A DNA stretch of 64,000 nucleotides from a virus (Duplodnaviria; Caudoviricetes). Made by a program: the position numbers and the translations under genes. The notes beneath the pieces are model-generated. The model saw only the letters and a list, made by a program, of their open reading frames with translations, searched no databases and was not told the origin of the DNA. Positions 58,155 to 64,000 of this stretch are shown here, in pieces (position 1 is the stretch's first letter; every line of letters starts with the position of its first letter). The DNA lies in IMG/VR virus record IMGVR_UViG_3300014204_013734, positions 192,001-256,000 of that record. One strand, given 5' to 3'.

Positions 58155-61100
58155 ATGCCGGCCAACATTCAGGTTGAAGTTTGGAGAGGCGGGGTTCGGG
58201 TTATCGGTCCGGTTACCAACACCAGCGTTGAAAACCTGTGGAAATCCGATGAAGTCCGTCTGTACTGTCCTGACGACAACCAGACTTCTTACAGATGGGA
58301 CCTTTCCTACACTCCGCTGGGAGCGCATGGTGATCCGGTAACCGATGTGTCCAGTGCGGTTCTTGATACCCCGGACGCCCAGTCTTGTAAATTTACGGTT
58401 GACTGGGATGGTCCATACATTGTCCGGTTGGTCATCAACCGCGGCGATCCCTTAACTGAAGATACCAAATTCATTCGTGCCCGAATCGGTACTTTGTTCG
58501 GTGGGGTCAAACTTGTGGGTGCCGGAGAACGGCGAACGACCGCGCCTTACGTTCCTGTTGACGCGTCTACCGTTGGGTGGACGAATGATATGAATACCAA
58601 CATGGCAAAGATACTGGCAGGGGTCCGTCGTCTGTCCGTATCGGGTCGTATCTTGTACGTGGACGCAAATCGTCCTCTTGGGTACAAAAATGACCAAACG
58701 ACCAACCCTCCGAATGACCCTACGAAAACCGTACGGTTTCCTGGCACTGATTCAACGAGTGTCAGTACGATGCAGAAGACGGGCGTGGAAATGCCGACCG
58801 TCGGGTTTGGGGATTTTGGGACCATTCAGGATGCTATTGATTGGGCGTATGGAGCCGGACGGGCGGCGCCGGTCAAGTGGGCACGGCCAACGGAAGAGAT
58901 TGCGTCGGCCTTGAATCCTTTCTGGATTGTCATTCAGCCGGGGCTTTACGAAGAAAATCTTACCTTGCGGGAACACATTCACCTTTCCGCTGGAGGTTCC
59001 CCACAGAAATCTGCGGTTATTCCGTTTATGGCGTTCGGATCCGCGAGCCTGATTTTGCGTTCTACTTCCGTTATCATCCGGCCAAAAGTTAACGTGTCCC
59101 ACCACGGGGGGCATGTATTCAACGCTCCCAGAATGCCGGAATTCAACCCCTTGGCCCCAATGCCCGCTCCTGTTGTTACGTTCTTGGAAAACTGTCCTGT
59201 CATTCAGATTTCCGGCATCACGATGGAAGTCCGCGATTATTGTCTTGACCCGATGATCACCGTCACGGGGACCGCATTCCTGTCATTCAGCGATTGCAGT
59301 GTACTTTCTACGTCCACTGAATTGCTGCAAGGTCCTCTCTTCAAGTTCCTTAATCCGGTGCAAGGGACAGCTACTTCACCCAATATCCAAATTGACTTGT
59401 TGGGTTGGGTCAGCAAAGACACTTTTTACGGATATTCAGCAGTGACCGGAGGGTCACATGCTGATAGGTGCGCCGTTTTGTTAGATAGTCGGGTAGCCGT
59501 GTTTCATGAAGGTGGTTCTGGCATGGCTGATGCAGTGGAAGGGGGTTTTATCCGGGCGGCATCGGATATGTACACTGCAGGTCCGACCAATATCGGATGC
59601 AAGGCGGCGTTTAGTTCCTTGCAGTTTTTCAACTCCATTTTCGGCGGGACCCTGCTGTTTGAAGGGTTGGTAGAAAGCATCTATTTTGACAATTGCGACA
59701 CCGGCGGCGGTGTCGGACCTGTCTTCATCAATTCGGATGTTGTTCTTCCGGCTCCTCTGGAATTTAGCCCCAGCATTGAATTTAATGGAGGTTCCCTTTG
59801 GAATAAGGTGCAGGTCAACGGGGATTCTTTGATGGCGGGATATCAGTGGACTATTTCTCCGAGGCTTGTTTACGGTGCCCGTGAAGTTTTTGTGTTTCGG
59901 GGGGATTTGAGCCGGATATATTGCGGATGCGACAGGCTTTCAACATCAACCATGGGGTACATAGCGGATTATGCGCGGCCGGAAAACGGTCACGAGGGGA
60001 GTTCTTCCCATCCGGTTTTGCCGGTAGGCCAACCTTGGCCCGTCCTGCCTGGAGGAGAAATTTCTGCTCTCCGGATGCAAGATGTCATGGATACTGTTGT
60101 ACGCCTGACAACCCCGGAAGATGCAAGTGCAAGTCCGGCTACGCCTCCGGATAACAGCGGTGTCACTGCGAGTTGGACACCCACTCTGAATGCAAATTAT
60201 GCCGGTATTTGGGGGTTTGACACTACCGACAAGCAGCGTGGTTTGAATCCGGTCCAGGGGCGGGGTGTCGGTCGGAAGATCAACGTCGTGCGGGATGGCG
60301 GTATCACAGGTACGGACCTTCCCGTTCAATTGCGTCCTCATCCCAACATTGCGGATCCTTTGAATGTGCATCTGTTCCGTGTTGGGGCTGATGCAACATC
60401 AAGTCACGTAGATCTTGGTTTCGTAATGAACGGCATGAACCCAGCCCTCAAAGTTTGGGGTGATGTCGTAGCTGACAATATTTCTGGGGGTGGTTCTCCT
60501 GGTGGTGTCAAGATCGTTGCAAAGTCCGGGGCTCCTTACACAACGATCCCTGCGGCGCAGGCAGCTTGTGTAGCAGGTGATGTCATTGTCGTGTATCCAG
60601 GTACCTATACGGAAACGGTCACGAATTTGATCAATTCCGTCGTCGGGATAGGCATGCCTGTTGTAGGACCTATTTCAATGGGTCAAACAGGGATGGGCAT
60701 GCGCTATCTGGTGTTGGATGGAATCACCATCGCCAGCATGGACACCGTAGCATTGACCGTGACAAGCAATTTATTCGGGGAATTGACAGTACACAATTGC
60801 CGTATCAACGCCAGCCTCAACAACGCGGTTCCCTTACCAGCAGTGGGGGTAGCCCCGGCTATGTACATCGGGTTGATTACGAGTGCGAAGATCACGATTG
60901 TCGATACAGTGTTCAACATCATTTCTTCCAATGTCGGTAAGTCGTCCGGACTTGTTTGTGTTCCAAACCTTGAAAACTACCTTACCTTGTCAGGGGTGAC
61001 CATGAACCTCCAGCAAGGGCCCGTGACACAAGACGTATCGTGCATTGAATGCTGGACGAACATGTGGGCTACCGTGCGTGATTGTAATTTCCAAATTACG

Positions 61101-61364
61101 ACGAACCCCTTGAATCTTGGGGCTGTGTGCTGCATCCATCATGATGGACTCAGATACATGCGGGTAATAAACGTTCACGTTCAGGTGTGGACGGGTTCCC
61201 CTCATGTTTTGGGCGGAACCTGTTGGGTTCTTGACGAAAACACTTCCGTTATTCTGGAAAAGAATGTGACGTATAACCTGGACAACGGTAATTTCAGTTT
61301 GCCGGTGTTTCACACCGGCACGGGTCAGATACGCATCATCCCGAGTGAAGGTTCCTTGGTGTGA
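58155..61364 (+). CDS. tailspike/fibre-like protein with PKD-like N-terminus and two beta-helix (pectin lyase-like) modules
   Basis: YRWDL...FTVDWDGPYIVRL; GDFGTIQDAID...IQPGLYEENL and YTTIPAAQ..GDVIVVYPGTYTETV beta-helix starts. Confidence 0.6.
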   Translation: MPANIQVEVWRGGVRVIGPVTNTSVENLWKSDEVRLYCPDDNQTSYRWDLSYTPLGAHGDPVTDVSSAVLDTPDAQSCKFTVDWDGPYIVRLVINRGDPLTEDTKFIRARIGTLFGGVKLVGAGERRTTAPYVPVDASTVGWTNDMNTNMAKILAGVRRLSVSGRILYVDANRPLGYKNDQTTNPPNDPTKTVRFPGTDSTSVSTMQKTGVEMPTVGFGDFGTIQDAIDWAYGAGRAAPVKWARPTEEIASALNPFWIVIQPGLYEENLTLREHIHLSAGGSPQKSAVIPFMAFGSASLILRSTSVIIRPKVNVSHHGGHVFNAPRMPEFNPLAPMPAPVVTFLENCPVIQISGITMEVRDYCLDPMITVTGTAFLSFSDCSVLSTSTELLQGPLFKFLNPVQGTATSPNIQIDLLGWVSKDTFYGYSAVTGGSHADRCAVLLDSRVAVFHEGGSGMADAVEGGFIRAASDMYTAGPTNIGCKAAFSSLQFFNSIFGGTLLFEGLVESIYFDNCDTGGGVGPVFINSDVVLPAPLEFSPSIEFNGGSLWNKVQVNGDSLMAGYQWTISPRLVYGAREVFVFRGDLSRIYCGCDRLSTSTMGYIADYARPENGHEGSSSHPVLPVGQPWPVLPGGEISALRMQDVMDTVVRLTTPEDASASPATPPDNSGVTASWTPTLNANYAGIWGFDTTDKQRGLNPVQGRGVGRKINVVRDGGITGTDLPVQLRPHPNIADPLNVHLFRVGADATSSHVDLGFVMNGMNPALKVWGDVVADNISGGGSPGGVKIVAKSGAPYTTIPAAQAACVAGDVIVVYPGTYTETVTNLINSVVGIGMPVVGPISMGQTGMGMRYLVLDGITIASMDTVALTVTSNLFGELTVHNCRINASLNNAVPLPAVGVAPAMYIGLITSAKITIVDTVFNIISSNVGKSSGLVCVPNLENYLTLSGVTMNLQQGPVTQDVSCIECWTNMWATVRDCNFQITTNPLNLGAVCCIHHDGLRYMRVINVHVQVWTGSPHVLGGTCWVLDENTSVILEKNVTYNLDNGNFSLPVFHTGTGQIRIIPSEGSLV

Positions 61365-61583
61365 TTGGAAGACTGCCACAAGTCACCCTTCCAAGGGACT
61401 GTTTTGCAACAGGACCGTTTGGGGCAGGCCCGTTCCCGCCTCCGGGTTGGGAAAACCTCCTTGGATGTCCCGCGAACCCGGACAATGCCGGGTTCGGAGG
61501 CGTTGCGTGGACGACCTATCCAATTCCGGAAGACCTTCCGGGCGGGGGGTTGTTCGGGCTTTCCCCGTTTGGTAGTGTCGTGA
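61365..61583 (+). CDS. small hypothetical protein
   Basis: Fills the gap exactly; GTGA overlap with next ORF. Confidence 0.35.
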   Translation: MEDCHKSPFQGTVLQQDRLGQARSRLRVGKTSLDVPRTRTMPGSEALRGRPIQFRKTFRAGGCSGFPRLVVS

Positions 61584-64000
61584 CCCCGGCCCCGCCTATT
61601 CCGGTTGACAGGATGGTTCCGGTCCGTATGGGAGCCCCAACCAGGGACGGGGGGGATCTTGGTGGTGATTCCGGATGGGGCGGTATGGATTGGGGCGGTG
61701 ATCCGTGGGGTCTTGGCGGTAGTGCGGCGGCAGGCCTTTTGGAAGGTGCTGTCAGTCTCAACGGATATGAAATTGAAGTCTTTTTTTCTGAAGGTTCCGG
61801 ACCAACTTCGGCGTCTGCTTACGGTCTTGCTCCCATTATGGGAGCGCCTTCAACGGTTGTTGATGCCCGGCAAACGAGCGTATCCATCATCATCACGCAT
61901 ACTGGAACTACCCTCGGGGGTTTCTATACGCTGAGTGTGTCCTTGGATACGGGAATAGAATCGGTTACGCTTTACACGAAAGGGGATATGCCTCCCTTTG
62001 TCATCCAACCAACAGATTCAGGTGAAGATATCGTTTTCACCTTTGCTGAACGGATGCTTACGGCGGCGCAGGGATCGGACATTGATGATCCAGCTTCATA
62101 TGGGTTCACTTCGGTTCCAGACTATCCTATCTTCTTAACCCCAACCAGGATAGATCATCCTTGGACCGGGAACGCCGCCAAAGTTCATATGACCGTCAAG
62201 GGAATGACTTCGCTGCGTTACGGTTGCAAGATCAGTCCGGCGTTGGCATGGAATTGGACAGGTGCAGTTCTGCCGTCAGAAGATCCGACTTTGGATGGCA
62301 GGGAAGTGAATCCCGGTCAAGGGACTTCAACCATCGCTGAAAACACTATGTGGTTGTCCAGACCGATTTTCAACGTTTACGGTTGGGAATTCTTGGACTT
62401 GTCTGGACGGTTGACGACGACAGCAACGTTCAGGGCGGACTTTGAGTTCAATGCGGAATCCATGATATGCCACCCTCCAATTTTGGCGTTTGATAACCCG
62501 AAGGTCGGGGACCTCATTGTAGAAGACGGACCTGGCGGAACCCGTATCAACATTCAACTTCGGCAATCTCAAAACGAAGATTGGCTCCGAATTTGGAGTG
62601 GGACTTTCAATACGTTTATTCGACAGCCGTGGAGTATCGGGACGAACGTTATTACGGTCATCCGGAACACGAAGGCAGGCATTTGGGCATTCCTTTTTAA
62701 CGGAACCCCCTTCTTATCCGTTCTTCTTGCCGACCTTGACGGACCTGCGGAAGGGGATGCCCCTGGTGTGATCTGGAAGTTTGTCGGGGACGAATGGTTC
62801 AGTCTGGAAGCATTCAATCTCCGGAATGTGAAGGTCACGGCCAGTTCTACCGTGTGGTCCGGTAGTTGGAATTTCCTGCACGAATCCATGTCGAATTTCA
62901 CGGGTAGTGCCATCCTGGCTCGCGACCACGTTATGACTCGGCGCGGGCCCCTTGTCAAAGATTGGGGTGACGCTACTCCGGCTACGAAAGCGGATGTCAG
63001 TGTTTTGGTGTGCGGTGTTCCAGTAGGTGTGGCGGACGTGAACCCCTTCATCGGAAAAATCATTCCCGACATTCCTATCCCTATGATGCCTTTGGGGGAT
63101 CCATTAGGGGATGTGAAGTTGGATTACTACTGGCAGGCCAGTCCTGTTATGGGAATGGTTTTGAACATGCCCGGTCTTGTTATGGGTCAGTGGGACAGGA
63201 AGGACATAGGTCCGCACTATCCGGTAGAACACGGGCAACCTTATACCGCTTGGGTAGAAAATGGAGTATTAGAAGGGTTTATCATTCCCGAACCCGCGCA
63301 TGATTTCCCCAAATGCCGTGTCTGTGGGTCTGATTTGGTTGACCTGGGCCCTCCGTTTTGGTGGTGTGTCAATCCAACTTGTGCGAATTTCCATGTGAAG
63401 CTGATTCCGTCGTGGGAAGACCTCAATCCGGTACGCTTCCCGATGGGGACGGTATTAGGTCCGGTGTCCCGACCTGATCCTTTGCATATTGGTCATCGGT
63501 ACATTGGATTTCAGCGTGAATATTCCGCCCTCCTCGGTAGCCCGACTACCTTGTTGTTGGGTGTGAATCCAATGGCGTCTTCTGTTGACAATTTCAAACG
63601 TGACGTGCAGGGGATTTCTTTTGTATATGACGGGACTGCCGCCCCGAATTTATCCGATCCGGTCTGGTCCTTGACGGGAACCGATTCCGGTCATTTGGAT
63701 GTCGGGGAAGGTACCTGGACATTGGTAGACGCCGACCCTGGCCCTTGGACTCCTGTTGATCCGGCGGTAGCTTTGTGGGGCAAGGAAATTGATCTGACGT
63801 TTCCCGCCGCCATCACGGTAGTCACCCGTTTTCAGATTGAAGATGCTGACAATCTGTTCGGTACGGATGCAAACATTCTTCAGCCGGACGGTGTATTTAC
63901 CGGTGTCGGATTTGGTGTTCACGACAATCACAGGCTTTGGCTTGCTGGAACGTTGCTGGTTAACGGTTTGCAACATGTCGGGATGTTGCTGGATGCCCGA
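61580..64000 (+). CDS. large virion structural protein, 3' end beyond window (absent from ORF track)
   Basis: Frame read from GTG 61580 (alternative ATG 61613): GGDSGWGGMDWGGDPWG...RRGPLVKDWGDATPATKADV...GVGFGVHDN; segments spot-checked showed no stop up to the window end. Confidence 0.7.
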   Translation, partial: MTPAPPIPVDRMVPVRMGAPTRDGGDLGGDSGWGGMDWGGDPWGLGGSAAAGLLEGAVSLNGYEIEVFFSEGSGPTSASAYGLAPIMGAPSTVVDARQTSVSIIITHTGTTLGGFYTLSVSLDTGIESVTLYTKGDMPPFVIQPTDSGEDIVFTFAERMLTAAQGSDIDDPASYGFTSVPDYPIFLTPTRIDHPWTGNAAKVHMTVKGMTSLRYGCKISPALAWNWTGAVLPSEDPTLDGREVNPGQGTSTIAENTMWLSRPIFNVYGWEFLDLSGRLTTTATFRADFEFNAESMICHPPILAFDNPKVGDLIVEDGPGGTRINIQLRQSQNEDWLRIWSGTFNTFIRQPWSIGTNVITVIRNTKAGIWAFLFNGTPFLSVLLADLDGPAEGDAPGVIWKFVGDEWFSLEAFNLRNVKVTASSTVWSGSWNFLHESMSNFTGSAILARDHVMTRRGPLVKDWGDATPATKADVSVLVCGVPVGVADVNPFIGKIIPDIPIPMMPLGDPLGDVKLDYYWQASPVMGMVLNMPGLVMGQWDRKDIGPHYPVEHGQPYTAWVENGVLEGFIIPEPAHDFPKCRVCGSDLVDLGPPFWWCVNPTCANFHVKLIPSWEDLNPVRFPMGTVLGPVSRPDPLHIGHRYIGFQREYSALLGSPTTLLLGVNPMASSVDNFKRDVQGISFVYDGTAAPNLSDPVWSLTGTDSGHLDVGEGTWTLVDADPGPWTPVDPAVALWGKEIDLTFPAAITVVTRFQIEDADNLFGTDANILQPDGVFTGVGFGVHDNHRLWLAGTLLVNGLQHVGMLLDAR

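Noticed and set aside
1-64000. Alternative genetic code, tRNA/rRNA genes, cas genes, inteins/introns
   Set aside because: Coding density is high under the standard code with TAA, TAG and TGA all used as stops; no such elements were recognised by eye (a tool search was not possible).

Overview
This window is the virion morphogenesis region of a large (jumbo-type) myophage using the standard genetic code, with almost all genes on the + strand. Gene order: neck/head-completion-like genes, an actin-fold ATPase, a tail-completion-like gene, a 1765-aa tail sheath, tail tube, two probable tail chaperones, tape measure, tube-initiator/hub/spike and baseplate wedge genes, a 3903-aa giant virion protein, a beta-helix tailspike-like protein, and a further large structural gene running off the window end. 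Accessory insertions include two free-standing endonucleases flanking the sheath, a lipoprotein and a MerR-HTH plus VIT-vWA operon. Main finding: a cas-less mini-array at 5039-5255 of five degenerate type I-E-like CRISPR repeats. Its four unusually short spacers (11-25 nt) all match this phage's own flanking 1.7 kb (4358-6064) with 1-2 mismatches, synonymous or conservative where coding, next to A-R-N PAM-like triplets; one spacer is antisense to the RBS of the next gene. This suggests a locus-specific RNA-guided homing, exclusion or regulatory element. Second finding: an operon at 2308-3655 encoding a capsid-fragment-like protein and a nuclease-less terminase ATPase paralog with a degenerate Walker B, possibly decoys. 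All product calls come from motifs and synteny read by eye; no database searches were run.
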